From an uncultured Eubacterium sp. (GTDB lineage Bacteria > Bacillota > Clostridia > Lachnospirales > Lachnospiraceae), in NCBI GenBank assembly GCA_900321215.1, contig ONVE01000066.1, forward strand, positions 1 through 39,343: 39,343 bases of DNA, written 5' to 3'. This document shows, piece after piece, positions 1 through 10,504 of the stretch. The notes below the pieces were generated by a model. The model did not search any database. It saw only the letters and a list, made by a program, of their open reading frames with translations, and was not told the origin of the DNA. A program made the position numbers and the translations under genes. Positions within the stretch are counted from its first letter, which is position 1. The number at the start of each line of letters is the position of its first letter.

Positions 1-3000
1 AGATCGTCATAAAATCTCTTATCCTTACAATCATAGTTTCTGTATTCACCCGGCACTCTCTCAAGCAGCTCCTTTGATTTTTCACTGTCTCCCAGGAAAT
101 AATACATTTCTGCAAAACGTGTCAGACGCATCTGTTTATCAGGAGAATAAGCGAGGTAAGACTCTTCATCTTTACTCTTACGGCAGATATGCTCTCTAAA
201 CTTCAGTGCCTCTCTTCTTGCATCCTCATATCTCTTAAGACGGTAGTAACATTCAGCAAGTCTTAAATGTTCACAGCCTACCCACTCCTCATCAGAATAC
301 TCTCCTTCAGTCTCACGCTGCCTGTCATGTATGCGGACTACTCTTTCAAGACAATTTGCGGCAAGTTTATAATCCCTTGAAACATAAAGCATATGTCTTG
401 CTATCATACTGAGGCAGTCTCTTACATCATAAAGAATCCTGACAGCATCATCCGGATCGGGGGTTCGTCCGGTCAAAGCTTCTTTATAAGCATCATGGAT
501 AGTTTTTCTAAAACCACTCTCATATTTTCTGCTATCACTTACAAACTTCCGTATATCCTTGGAAAGATTCTTAAAGCTCTCCAGATCTCCTGAAACCACG
601 TAGAGATCCATTACTGTCAGCTGAAGATCAACTATATTATGCATAATGTCTGTTTTAGGTTCCTTAAGTCTTGATAACAGCTTGTTTATCATAAACGGAG
701 GGATCCTCTGTGAATCCAGATTATCTGCCCCCATCCGCCATTCTTTTCTATATAGATCAAATGATTTCTTATATTCCTCAAGGCTTTTCTTACTGTCTCC
801 GGCTTTAAGCCAGAGCTTTGCAATTTGTTCGTTATATTTAGCGCTGGTAAGCTTAAACCGCTCTCTGATATTGATAAAGAACTTTATCGCTTCATCATAT
901 CTTCCCTGAATTTCAAGACACTTGATATAGTTGGTCTGAAGTGCAGTATATGACTCTTCTTCAAAATGCCTGAGTCCTTCCATGAAAAGCTCCTCGGCTT
1001 CCTTAAGCCTTCCGGTCATCATATATGCATAGGCCTTCGCATTATATCCATAGGCATAATCAGGATCAAGTTCTATACATCTGTCAGCCGTCTTAATTGC
1101 ATTTTCAAAATCATAGGCATCATTATATAAAATAGCAAGCCCGATAATGTAGTAAGGATCCTCATCACCGAGTACTGCCTTCTTTGCATGTAATACAGCC
1201 GCCTCAATATCCTTCTTGTCCTCGGTTTCAAAGTATCTGTCTCTGTAGTAATCAGACAGTTCCTCCCTTGCCTTAGGGAAAAGGTCACTTATCCTTACAG
1301 CCTCTTCAAGCTGGGCAAGCATTTCCTGCTTCTTTCCTTCCTTCTTAAGAACCACCGCATATTCATAATGAACTGCTGCATTTTCAGGGAAAAGCTCCAG
1401 CATATTTTTATATATCTTTATCTTTTCCTTTACTCTCAGACTCTGCTCGCCGTTATGCCCCGTAAGATCCACTAAAAGCCAGTACAGATCCTCATTTCTT
1501 TCATCCGCTGCAAGTCCCTTATCTATACATTCACGAATCTTCTTTATCTTATTCTGCCTTGTCGCAGCATCACTGTTGATATCTAAATATATCGAACGTC
1601 CGTAACTGCAGTAGAATTCTGCTATATCCTCTTCATTATAAAAATCTGTTTTGTTATTTTTGTCTATATCTTTGTCTGTGCCGTCAGTTTCAGCGTTACT
1701 GCTGTCTAACAGTTCTTCAAGCTTTTCAAATATTCGAACAGCTTCTTCGTTCTTACCCTCCGCAGCAAGCTTAGCAGCTACCTCCGCCTCGAGCCTCTGG
1801 CTGTTAACGTTATTCTCTTTTGCTTTCTCAATAACTCTGTCAAAGTCCTCAAAGTATCTGTAGATCCTGAAAACCTTTGCGGCATACAGATATGCATCAG
1901 CAAATCCCGGTACAACAGATGTTATATAGTAATAATCATCAATTACCTGCTGTACTCTTCTCAGATAATACGCCTCAAGCTGTCTTCCGACATACGCAGG
2001 AAGCATCTTATCATCATCCGCTATCATGCTCTCCCATACAGAAAATGCTTCACTGTATCTTTTTTTCCTATGTAAGAACTGAGCGACCGAGCTGCGGTAG
2101 CCCTGCCTTTCTCTTTCGTTATCAGCATACTTTTCCGCAATCCTGTAGTTTTCGAGGGCAGCCTCTTCATTTCCGGTATTCTCCTCACAGATACCCATAA
2201 AATAGTAGCTGTAGCCGAGTCTTTTCAGTCTCTTTCTCTCTTCTTTGGTAAGATTCTCCGGAAGATTGCCGTTCTCATCCTTCTTCTCTTCATAAAGCTT
2301 CACCAGCATCTCATGCCAGTGCCTTACATAAGGAACTGCATCCTCATATCTCTCATCACCAATGAGAGTTCTTGAATATAAATTATAGAAATTATATTCA
2401 TTTTTCTCATCCGGCGGAGCTATACTGTCCAGTAATCTGTATACCTCTTCGGAATTCTTCTCTCTGAGCCTGCACCAGCCGAGTTCTATGGCAGCGTGCT
2501 GATCGTTACTATCCTTTTCCAATCTGTCCAGAAAATACTCGATCATACGTTTATCCGCAATCTCTCTGAAATCGTTTATAAATCTGCTCGAGTCATTTAA
2601 CTCACTTGCCTTTAAGGCTTCATCCTCAGCCTCCTCAAAGTCCCCCTCAAGGAAAAGGTATTCTGCCAAGGCAAGCCTTGCAAAACCAAAGGAATTGTTG
2701 TTCTCGATCACGCTGTCAAGAACACTCTTATATTTCTTATATTCCGGTACAGTGCCCGGATTCTTTATCTCTTCACCAAATAAAACATGAAGCGCAAAGC
2801 CCTCAGTAAAAATGTCTATCTCCTCGCTTCTTTCTTCATCAGCAAGGATCCTTGCGATTCTCAGTGCTTCCTCTGTCCTTCCTGATGAATATAAGCACAT
2901 CATAAGAAGGAGAGCCTCAAAAGGATGCCATATCTCATGCTCTCTCATCGCACTAAGAGTACCTACGCACTTTTTAAAATAGTTATCATTCTCTTCCTGC

Positions 3001-3686
3001 AGCTCATATATGCTGTCATAAAGTCCATAATGGCTGAAGGCTCTTACAGCCTCTCTGATATATATATCATCTTCATTTTTAAGCTTTTCTCTATCCTCTT
3101 CTATCATAGGAGGAAGCTCGATCTCCCTCATAAAGAGATAATCAGACCTGTCCTTTACGAGTGCAAGCTTTCTATACGGAAAGAATGATCCGTTTTTAAT
3201 ATTATTGCAGATATAGGATATAAAATCCTCCGGAAAGCTGTTTTTAAGCTCATCGGCTTCATTTAATATATTGAACGCCTCATCAAAAAGCCTCCACATT
3301 TCATTCGAATATGTAAAGCAGCTCATTGTGAAGACAAGAAATGCATTCCTTACTTCGTCAACTGTATCAAGTCCAACGATAAGAGGATCCGACAGCCATT
3401 CCTTCCAGGCTTCCGGATCATTTCTCTTATATATATCCTTATAAAGCTCTTCAGCCTTATTGATAAGGATCTTCACCGGAGTAAGCTCTTCCTCCTCCGC
3501 TTCCTCCGAAGACTTCTCCTTAGACTCCTTAAGAAATCTGAGAGCTTCTTCAAATGCTTCTCTAAGGTTCTTAAAGCCTTCCGGATCATCCTCCGGATTT
3601 GTAACGAGAAGCTTTTCTCTATAAGCATTTCTGATAACCGCTTCATCACTGGTTTCGGTTATCCCCAGTGCTTTCCAAAAATCCAT
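1..3686 (-). CDS. Large J-domain (DnaJ-like) tetratricopeptide-repeat protein, partial (3' end beyond left edge, >1228 aa)
   Basis: Manually translated from ATG at 3686 (SD-like AAAGGA upstream): [49 protein letters not shown], a short J-domain. The same frame gives TPR-like helices near 1000-1160 ([43 protein letters not shown]) and is still open at 3-62. Its absence from the ORF track fits a frame with no stop in the window. Confidence 0.9.
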   Translation of the reverse strand, partial: MDFWKALGITETSDEAVIRNAYREKLLVTNPEDDPEGFKNLREAFEEALRFLKESKEKSSEEAEEEELTPVKILINKAEELYKDIYKRNDPEAWKEWLSDPLIVGLDTVDEVRNAFLVFTMSCFTYSNEMWRLFDEAFNILNEADELKNSFPEDFISYICNNIKNGSFFPYRKLALVKDRSDYLFMREIELPPMIEEDREKLKNEDDIYIREAVRAFSHYGLYDSIYELQEENDNYFKKCVGTLSAMREHEIWHPFEALLLMMCLYSSGRTEEALRIARILADEERSEEIDIFTEGFALHVLFGEEIKNPGTVPEYKKYKSVLDSVIENNNSFGFARLALAEYLFLEGDFEEAEDEALKASELNDSSRFINDFREIADKRMIEYFLDRLEKDSNDQHAAIELGWCRLREKNSEEVYRLLDSIAPPDEKNEYNFYNLYSRTLIGDERYEDAVPYVRHWHEMLVKLYEEKKDENGNLPENLTKEERKRLKRLGYSYYFMGICEENTGNEEAALENYRIAEKYADNERERQGYRSSVAQFLHRKKRYSEAFSVWESMIADDDKMLPAYVGRQLEAYYLRRVQQVIDDYYYITSVVPGFADAYLYAAKVFRIYRYFEDFDRVIEKAKENNVNSQRLEAEVAAKLAAEGKNEEAVRIFEKLEELLDSSNAETDGTDKDIDKNNKTDFYNEEDIAEFYCSYGRSIYLDINSDAATRQNKIKKIRECIDKGLAADERNEDLYWLLVDLTGHNGEQSLRVKEKIKIYKNMLELFPENAAVHYEYAVVLKKEGKKQEMLAQLEEAVRISDLFPKAREELSDYYRDRYFETEDKKDIEAAVLHAKKAVLGDEDPYYIIGLAILYNDAYDFENAIKTADRCIELDPDYAYGYNAKAYAYMMTGRLKEAEELFMEGLRHFEEESYTALQTNYIKCLEIQGRYDEAIKFFINIRERFKLTSAKYNEQIAKLWLKAGDSKKSLEEYKKSFDLYRKEWRMGADNLDSQRIPPFMINKLLSRLKEPKTDIMHNIVDLQLTVMDLYVVSGDLESFKNLSKDIRKFVSDSRKYESGFRKTIHDAYKEALTGRTPDPDDAVRILYDVRDCLSMIARHMLYVSRDYKLAANCLERVVRIHDRQRETEGEYSDEEWVGCEHLRLAECYYRLKRYEDARREALKFREHICRKSKDEESYLAYSPDKQMRLTRFAEMYYFLGDSEKSKELLERVPGEYRNYDCKDKRFYDD

Positions 3687-3707
3687 AAATACTTTCCTTT
3701 TTATCTT

Positions 3708-4364
3708 TTAGTCTTCCAATTTAATATTATCCAGAAGATCTGCCAGAGAATATCTAAGCTCCTCCGGATCTCCATCATCATGCGCTGACTTATAATACGG
3801 ATTAAGCGTAAGGACCGGCTCCTTCATCATTTTTGCATACAGGAGCGCCGTGTTATATGCATCCGTAAGTCCATCGTGAGCGCGCCCTTCTGTTACGATA
3901 TCGGTTGCTATAAGCGCCTCCTCGAGAGAATATGACTTCTTCATTTTCATCTTCTCGGAGAAGAGAGGCTGGCAGTCGTACCAGTTCTCATAAAGCGCAT
4001 TCATTCTGTCAAGAACTATGCCTTTCTTATCAAGCTCATGGATCAGCTGATATTTATCCGTCGTACTCCATGAGACCATTGTGACGTCCCCCTCAGGTAT
4101 CCATGCAAGAAACTTCTCCATCACCGGAAGAAGCAGCTCCGCATTCTGCACATCCTTCGGCTTGATACCGGTAAGCTCACTTATAAACTTACTTATCTGA
4201 CCATACTGCGGATGCACATACGAATTAAATTTATCTATAACATTATAATCTTCATCAAGGGCAGCCGCACCGATCTGTATTATCTCACTTTTATATCCGT
4301 ATTGTGATTTATTCACTCTTGGAACGGTACACATTTCAAGATCGATCACAACATATTTTCCCAT
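3708..4364 (-). CDS. DEDDh 3'-5' exonuclease (ERI-1/KapD-like)
   Basis: ExoI VIDLEM, EIIQIGA, ExoII WSTTD and ExoIII AHDGLTDA motifs; SD AAGGAGG upstream. Confidence 0.9.
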   Translation of the reverse strand: MGKYVVIDLEMCTVPRVNKSQYGYKSEIIQIGAAALDEDYNVIDKFNSYVHPQYGQISKFISELTGIKPKDVQNAELLLPVMEKFLAWIPEGDVTMVSWSTTDKYQLIHELDKKGIVLDRMNALYENWYDCQPLFSEKMKMKKSYSLEEALIATDIVTEGRAHDGLTDAYNTALLYAKMMKEPVLTLNPYYKSAHDDGDPEELRYSLADLLDNIKLED

Positions 4365-4487
4365 AAAAACCCTCCTTAGTTCTCTATGATCCCCCGTTAA
4401 AATGCTCTGAACTATTAGTATACCACATTTTCAAGTATGTAAAAAGTCCTATATATTACCCTTATCTCATGCTTCTTACTGATTTTT

Positions 4488-5861
4488 CTACTCAGCTTCC
4501 TGCATTATTCTTATTTTCTTTCTGACATATCTGTAGACGACCAGAAGCCCTAAGATGGTTATCGTCCACGACACCGGATAAGTTATATATATCATCGCAG
4601 TATTGTGGAATATACTCATCTTGAAGAAGGTCTTCAGCCAGAGTATCCTGAGTCCGCAGGCTCCTATCAGTGACACGATCATCGGAAGCACCGAAAAGCC
4701 CATGCCTCTTATGGAACCGACAAGTACATCCATGATACCGCAAAGGAAATAAATGGTGCATATTATAAGCAGTCTGTCAAAGCCCTTATCTATAACCTCC
4801 GCCTTAGGCGAATATATCCTGAGCAGCTGATGGCCGAACAAAACCTCCAGATTTCCGAGAACAAGGCCAGTTACGAAAACGAAAAGCACTCCTGTTTTCA
4901 GTATCTTTCCTATCCTGTCATACCTTCCTGCACCCATATTCTGGCTTGTAAATGAGATAGTCGCCTGATGAATAGCATTCATAGAAACATATACAAAACC
5001 CTCAAGGTTCTGTGATGCGGAATTACCCGCGACAACTGTGGCTCCGAAGGTATTTACCGACGACTGAATAACAACATTTGAAAGTGAGAAAAGCGTTCCC
5101 TGCAGACCTGCCGGTATACCCACCTTAAGTATACGGATAAGTGTATCCTTATCGATACCAAGCTTTTTCAGATTCAGCCTTATATCGCTCTTCTCTCTGA
5201 TAAGGCATATCACGATAAGAGAAGCCGAAATCACCTGTGAGATGACCGTCGCCGTCGCAACTCCCTGCACATCCATTTTAAGCACGATCACAAATATCAG
5301 ATTGAAGATAACATTTATAACTCCTGCCGCAGTAAGGAAGTACAGCGGTCTTTTGGTATCTCCGACAGCACGAAGTATCGCACTTCCGAAGTTATATATC
5401 ATCATTGCAGGAAGTCCTATAAAATATATCTTAAGATACTTTGATGCAAGCGGAAGCACCTCAGCCGGTGAATCCATAAGCGCAAGTATCTTTCCCGCAA
5501 AGAGAATACCGAAGATCATAAGAAATATACCGCCGAGAAGTGCAAGCACCATGGATGTGCTCACTATCTTTCTGGTATGCTCACTGTCCCTTGCTCCCAT
5601 AGCTTTTGCGATAAGCACGTTGGTTCCCACGCTCAGTCCTATGAAAAGATTTGTCATAAGATTGATAAGTGAACTTGTAGATCCTACAGCCGCAAGCGAA
5701 TTTGAGCCTGCAAACTGACCGACAACAACGGTATCGGCAGCATTAAAAAGCAGCTGGAGCACGCTTGAAAGCATGAGCGGCACTGAGAAAAGTATCATTT
5801 TCTTCAGTATCGGTCCGTTCACCATATCTATAGTATTGCTTTTATTTTTAACTGTTGTCAT
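4488..5861 (-). CDS. MATE family efflux transporter
   Basis: Typical MATE motifs (PLMLSSVLQLLFNAADTVVVG, RAVGDTKRPL, SQNMGAG) and many hydrophobic segments; its start overlaps the upstream stop (TAATG). Confidence 0.93.
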   Translation of the reverse strand: MTTVKNKSNTIDMVNGPILKKMILFSVPLMLSSVLQLLFNAADTVVVGQFAGSNSLAAVGSTSSLINLMTNLFIGLSVGTNVLIAKAMGARDSEHTRKIVSTSMVLALLGGIFLMIFGILFAGKILALMDSPAEVLPLASKYLKIYFIGLPAMMIYNFGSAILRAVGDTKRPLYFLTAAGVINVIFNLIFVIVLKMDVQGVATATVISQVISASLIVICLIREKSDIRLNLKKLGIDKDTLIRILKVGIPAGLQGTLFSLSNVVIQSSVNTFGATVVAGNSASQNLEGFVYVSMNAIHQATISFTSQNMGAGRYDRIGKILKTGVLFVFVTGLVLGNLEVLFGHQLLRIYSPKAEVIDKGFDRLLIICTIYFLCGIMDVLVGSIRGMGFSVLPMIVSLIGACGLRILWLKTFFKMSIFHNTAMIYITYPVSWTITILGLLVVYRYVRKKIRIMQEAE

Positions 5862-8605
5862 TATTCTACCTTTTTTTCTCTTTTCCCAAGCAGCATGCCC
5901 AGAAAATATCTGAATGAGGCATTTTTAAAGAAAACCGCCGCCATAAGAACATTTGGTACAGTAATACATATAATGCCATCAAGGATCAGCTTCTTTAATC
6001 CTGCCGGATTTAAATATGAGTTTACACCTTCCGCAAGAAAAAATGTACATGAACATACAAAAAAGAAGATGAAAAGATACCCCAGCATCTCTTTAGCATA
6101 ATCCACGGCACGTCTCTCGAAAAGTCTGATATAAACAAACTTAGGATAGCTGAAGCACCATAGCGCAAGGGAGCTGATGATTGTTCCCATAAATACACCC
6201 GCAAGTCCGAATATCTTAAGAAGAATGATCGACGAAACCAGATTCAGGAGTGACTCCGCAAGCGGAACAAAGCGGTTTTCGTAAAAAATCCCCGCTGCAT
6301 CCTGAAAAGCACTGTAGGTTCCTCTCATAAGAAGCTGGAAAAACTGCAGCGATAATATCACTGCAACAAGCATACCAAGAAGATACCTGTCCCCGAACCA
6401 CCATCCGATAAAAGGTTGAATAAGGACCATCATGGATGTAGCCGCAAAGCATGCTATCCAGAAATTCATGAATCTTATCCTTTTAAACACGGAAAATGAA
6501 TGTTCTTTATCCTCTGTTATAAGCATATTTCCGACACTCGGTGTCAAAGCTGCTATTGCCTGCTGGAAAAGCTTTGTTGCCGCATCGATCACAAGGAAAT
6601 AATTATTGTATAATCCGACAGTTTTCAGCTTCAGGAAAACAGAGATAAGTATATTATCGGTTCCATTTACTATGAAGGTACCGATCTTGTGAAAGAACAG
6701 CGCCCCGACTTTTTTCTTTATATCAGCAAGCACTTCCTTATCAAGCGGCTGTGCTTTACGTCTTTTTAAGAAAGGATACATTCTGTCCGCAAGGAACGAA
6801 ATGACTATATTCTCAAATATACGGAAAGCAAGCTTAACCAGAAGATATGCATAATAATCATGTGTAAGATAAAGCATCATAAGCTGAGCCGTATTTACAC
6901 TTATAAGATAAATAATATGTATTATGCTTAATAAATAATTCTGCTGGTCTGCATAAAGTATCGATCTTTTGTAGCTTAAAAGATACGAGAATACCACATC
7001 AAAAAGATATATCAGAAAAATAGCGGTAAGATTTACATCTGCCTCCCCCGGTTTTGCTATCAAAGGAAGTATCGGGATCAGGCAGAGTCCTGCCATTAAA
7101 ATAATACCGGCAACAATATGAAAGGCCTTCCTGTAAAACTTCATAAGAGAAAGGACGAGGTCCTCGTCCTTATCCTTAAGCGGTTTATAAAGATGAAATA
7201 CTACTGCTTCACCGATCCCGAGATCGACTATCGCAAGCATGGTTATAACATTTGAAAAAAGTCCGTTCAGACCGGCATATTCAAGTCCGAGTATATTTAT
7301 AAAAATCTTCTGTGCAAGAAGCCCTATTATGATGGCTGTAACATTTGCAAACATTGTGAAGAGAAAATTCCTGGCGGATTTCTTTGTTCTTCCGATTTCT
7401 TTTCCAGATTCCTCTTCCGGTCCGTCCGCCTCCTGCTCATCACGAAGTGCGGCAAGCTGCCCTGCATGAGCCGCAAAGATAAAGATAAAGAAGAAATTGG
7501 CAAATGCATGCTGCTCCAGAACGAACATAAGAAGATACAGACCCAGAAAAAGAGATATCCACTTGCTTATATCCTGTTTTCTTGTTCTGAAAAGCTTTAC
7601 CACCGTATAACCTATAATGGAAAGGAATATAAAGAGTCCTATGATACCGCATTTATAAAGCACTTCAACAAACTCATTATGGGTAGTCTGGATAACACTG
7701 TTAAACCAGAAGGTCTTATATCCGTGTCCGAGAAAAGGATAAACTTTAATCTCCTTAAACGCCTTATCCCATACAAAGGTTCTGTTTGTAAGGTCAAGCC
7801 TTTTGTGAAGTATATCGACAATAAGCCATTTAAAGATCTTCTGCCCCCTGAAAACGACGATAAAAACCGTAAAGAATATCCCTGTCAGCGACAAGGTCAC
7901 AGAATTGAATATCTTCGTCTTATCAAGCATTTTCGGAAACAGCATGATAATAAAAAACGGCAGAAGCACAAGGCAGGCCGTCCTGTTTTTTACAAGAAAC
8001 GAAGAAACCATTATGAGTGCGGTGCTGATATAAGCAAATCTCAGTTTTTCCTTATAAAGTACCGTAAATATCGTAAGGAAGAAAAGAAAAGCAGCCTGAA
8101 ATGCAATATGTCCGCTCTTAAATCCAAGAAGCCAGTTTTCAGGATAAAAGCCGTTCATGGTTGAATACATTCCTTTTCTGAAAATGCATACCAGTATCAG
8201 ATTCCCGTAAGTAAGCGAACCGAAGAAAATGATCTGCGATTCCAGAAAGGCTCTCAGATTCTTAAGAATTCCATATTCAATGATAAGGCATATCATTACC
8301 GTGGCAAAAGCATATTCCAGCGATCTTTTCATGCCATCGTTACCATTTACCTTTGAAGCTATGCACATAACAAGAAGAAGTGCACCGAAAAGAAGGTGAA
8401 CAGGCGATATTCTTTTGACAAGCCTGTCCTTCAGAAAAAGCAGTACGACCACTCCGCCCGCTATCACCTCTAGCATTGTATAGGCAAACGGAACCTTTTC
8501 AAAATTATCCCAAAGAAGCGGAACCTGATAAAAAGGAAATGTCAGGCACAAAAAAAGAACCACATATACCAATTCTTTCAGCCTTTTTTGCTTTTCACTG
8601 TTCAT
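5861..8605 (-). CDS. Fusion protein: N-terminal O-antigen ligase/Wzy-polymerase family domain plus C-terminal Wzx-type polysaccharide flippase
   Basis: aa ~1-385 are polytopic with Wzy_C-like motifs (LTNRTFVW, PFLGHG, THNEFVEVLYKCGIIG), followed by an acidic linker. aa ~404-914 begin GRTKKSARN...LGLEYAGLNGLFSNVITMLAIVDLGIG, typical of clostridial flippases, with TDNILIS and VGLYNNY motifs. Confidence 0.82.
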   Translation of the reverse strand: MNSEKQKRLKELVYVVLFLCLTFPFYQVPLLWDNFEKVPFAYTMLEVIAGGVVVLLFLKDRLVKRISPVHLLFGALLLVMCIASKVNGNDGMKRSLEYAFATVMICLIIEYGILKNLRAFLESQIIFFGSLTYGNLILVCIFRKGMYSTMNGFYPENWLLGFKSGHIAFQAAFLFFLTIFTVLYKEKLRFAYISTALIMVSSFLVKNRTACLVLLPFFIIMLFPKMLDKTKIFNSVTLSLTGIFFTVFIVVFRGQKIFKWLIVDILHKRLDLTNRTFVWDKAFKEIKVYPFLGHGYKTFWFNSVIQTTHNEFVEVLYKCGIIGLFIFLSIIGYTVVKLFRTRKQDISKWISLFLGLYLLMFVLEQHAFANFFFIFIFAAHAGQLAALRDEQEADGPEEESGKEIGRTKKSARNFLFTMFANVTAIIIGLLAQKIFINILGLEYAGLNGLFSNVITMLAIVDLGIGEAVVFHLYKPLKDKDEDLVLSLMKFYRKAFHIVAGIILMAGLCLIPILPLIAKPGEADVNLTAIFLIYLFDVVFSYLLSYKRSILYADQQNYLLSIIHIIYLISVNTAQLMMLYLTHDYYAYLLVKLAFRIFENIVISFLADRMYPFLKRRKAQPLDKEVLADIKKKVGALFFHKIGTFIVNGTDNILISVFLKLKTVGLYNNYFLVIDAATKLFQQAIAALTPSVGNMLITEDKEHSFSVFKRIRFMNFWIACFAATSMMVLIQPFIGWWFGDRYLLGMLVAVILSLQFFQLLMRGTYSAFQDAAGIFYENRFVPLAESLLNLVSSIILLKIFGLAGVFMGTIISSLALWCFSYPKFVYIRLFERRAVDYAKEMLGYLFIFFFVCSCTFFLAEGVNSYLNPAGLKKLILDGIICITVPNVLMAAVFFKNASFRYFLGMLLGKREKKVE

Positions 8606-9693
8606 TATACTCCTCCGTTTTTATGTTTCCAGAATAAAAAGAGCAGTCGCAGCTTAAAGAGAATAGCCTTCTGTCTGTCTCTTCCCGAAGCATATCTTAT
8701 ATACTTTAAGGATTTTATACTCTTCCACGGTTCATCTCTGTGAAGATGCTTAAGTATCTTCCGTCTCTCCACCCTGCCGGGACAGTAGTCCGGATGGCCG
8801 TAAAGACATTTATATATATATCTCAGTGAATCCATGACAAGTCTTGTATATCCATGGTATTCAAGCTTATTATCAAGATCAAGCAGTTCGGATAGTCTCT
8901 CTATCGGTTTTTCGATATCTGATATAACATTTTCATTAAATGCATTTGAAACCGACGCTTCATTTTCGAAATAGTAATACCAGACGGATCTTAAGTAGCA
9001 GATCTTAAGGCCTGAAAGCATTTCAATATTCCAGATTGCATCCTCATATATTCTGATGCCTTCCGGGAACCTGTAATCTCCTTCGATAAGGGCATTTTTT
9101 CTGATGAATCTTCCCGCTATTCCTCTGCTGATATAGCCTCCGTCTTCAAATCTGTAAGGTTCGGCTATACATTCAAAATGTGTTTTATGCTTTCTTTTCT
9201 CTGTAAGCTTTATAGTCCTGCTTTTTAATTCTTCCGCAGTAAATGCTCTTTCTTTTCCGGATATCCCTAAAGAATTATCTACGGACACAGCCGGATTTTT
9301 ATCACTGTTTTTATCGCTGTAAATATATAATGTTCCGCCAAATACCGCATCATACTTTGAACTGCTGAGAACAGTCACTGCCTCTTCAAAGCAGAAACGG
9401 TCAAGAGTATCATCTCCGTCAAGGTAAGTAATGATATCTCCCGCAGCCTTCTCAACCGCAAAATTTCTGGCTCCGGATACTCCAAGGCTTTCCACTCTGA
9501 AATATCTGATCCTTGCATCTGTCCCGGCGATCTTTTTCATTACAGCCGAGAACTCCTCCCTGCTTCCGTCATCTATCAGAAGTATCTCATAATTATCATA
9601 ACTCTGAGTAAGAACACTCTCTACAGCCCGCTTTAAGTACTCCTCATTTCCGTTTTTAACCGGCAGTATTACGCTTATCTTATCATTCTTCAT
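8605..9693 (-). CDS. Glycosyltransferase family 2
   Basis: ISVILPVKN, LIDDGS, GVSGARN, YLDGDD (DxD) and ED motifs. Confidence 0.92.
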   Translation of the reverse strand: MKNDKISVILPVKNGNEEYLKRAVESVLTQSYDNYEILLIDDGSREEFSAVMKKIAGTDARIRYFRVESLGVSGARNFAVEKAAGDIITYLDGDDTLDRFCFEEAVTVLSSSKYDAVFGGTLYIYSDKNSDKNPAVSVDNSLGISGKERAFTAEELKSRTIKLTEKRKHKTHFECIAEPYRFEDGGYISRGIAGRFIRKNALIEGDYRFPEGIRIYEDAIWNIEMLSGLKICYLRSVWYYYFENEASVSNAFNENVISDIEKPIERLSELLDLDNKLEYHGYTRLVMDSLRYIYKCLYGHPDYCPGRVERRKILKHLHRDEPWKSIKSLKYIRYASGRDRQKAILFKLRLLFLFWKHKNGGV

Positions 9694-10504
9694 AATAAGC
9701 CTCTAATTCATGGGTCAGTCTATCCTCTTCCGGAGGAATAGTCATATAATCACCGTAAATACCTGTAAGATATTCATCGTAAGCCGCCGTTGCAAGAAAA
9801 TAATGTCCCTCGAAAAAAAGCTCGGTCATTTCCTCAAATTTTTCCTTCGTAAGTACCTGTCCCGGACCGTCGTAAGCCCAGCTGATCATTCCGCACTTTG
9901 GTGAATGTGAATACGAATACTTTAATCCAAGCCTTCTCTGCAGTGCAGAGATCCTTCTTCTTCCTATAAGCTTTGCAAGCGGCTTAAGAAAAACAGCCTT
10001 TACCACTATCTTAAAGCCTGTTTTTCCGTAACCCGTATTAACAGCTGAAATGATATTCAGCTTAACAAGTATCATACCAATCCTGTAATGAAGCTTTATC
10101 CTCTTCTCCGAATCAGGAAGTCCGTCAACCGGGAAAATATCTATCCAGACTGACTTAACGTCCTTCTGTTTATAATGCTTCTCCGAAACCTTAGTCTTCC
10201 TGTCAAACAATTTCATATATGGTGCGTCAAGCGTCTTATCCTCAAAAGAAGCAAGAAAAAGATTATCCGGCCACAGTTTTTTCTTTCTGTTAAGCCTCAG
10301 AAGCTTTTCATAATCCGGCCTTGGCATCGTAAGATCAATATCATCGTCCCACGGAATAAAGCCTTTATGTCTGACAGCGCCGATAAGAGTTCCAAAGGCC
10401 AGAGAATATCTCAGACCGTATTTTCTTGCAACCCTGTCAAATTCGATCAGCATTTTAAGCTCTGTATTCTGTATATCCCCTAAAGTCATTTTCTTAAGCA
10501 TCAT
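9683..10504 (-). CDS. licD: LicD family phosphotransferase
   Basis: Signature GTLIGAVRHKGFIPWDDDIDL, plus IDIFPVD and YLTGIYGDYM. Confidence 0.93.
   Translation of the reverse strand: MMLKKMTLGDIQNTELKMLIEFDRVARKYGLRYSLAFGTLIGAVRHKGFIPWDDDIDLTMPRPDYEKLLRLNRKKKLWPDNLFLASFEDKTLDAPYMKLFDRKTKVSEKHYKQKDVKSVWIDIFPVDGLPDSEKRIKLHYRIGMILVKLNIISAVNTGYGKTGFKIVVKAVFLKPLAKLIGRRRISALQRRLGLKYSYSHSPKCGMISWAYDGPGQVLTKEKFEEMTELFFEGHYFLATAAYDEYLTGIYGDYMTIPPEEDRLTHELEAYYEE

Noticed and set aside
393-3188. Several short ORFs in the track
   Set aside because: They are shadows of the large minus-strand J/TPR gene and have no recognisable motifs.
7466-8164. 232-aa Lys-rich plus-strand ORF
   Set aside because: Antisense to the T-rich codons of a membrane protein, which explains its composition.
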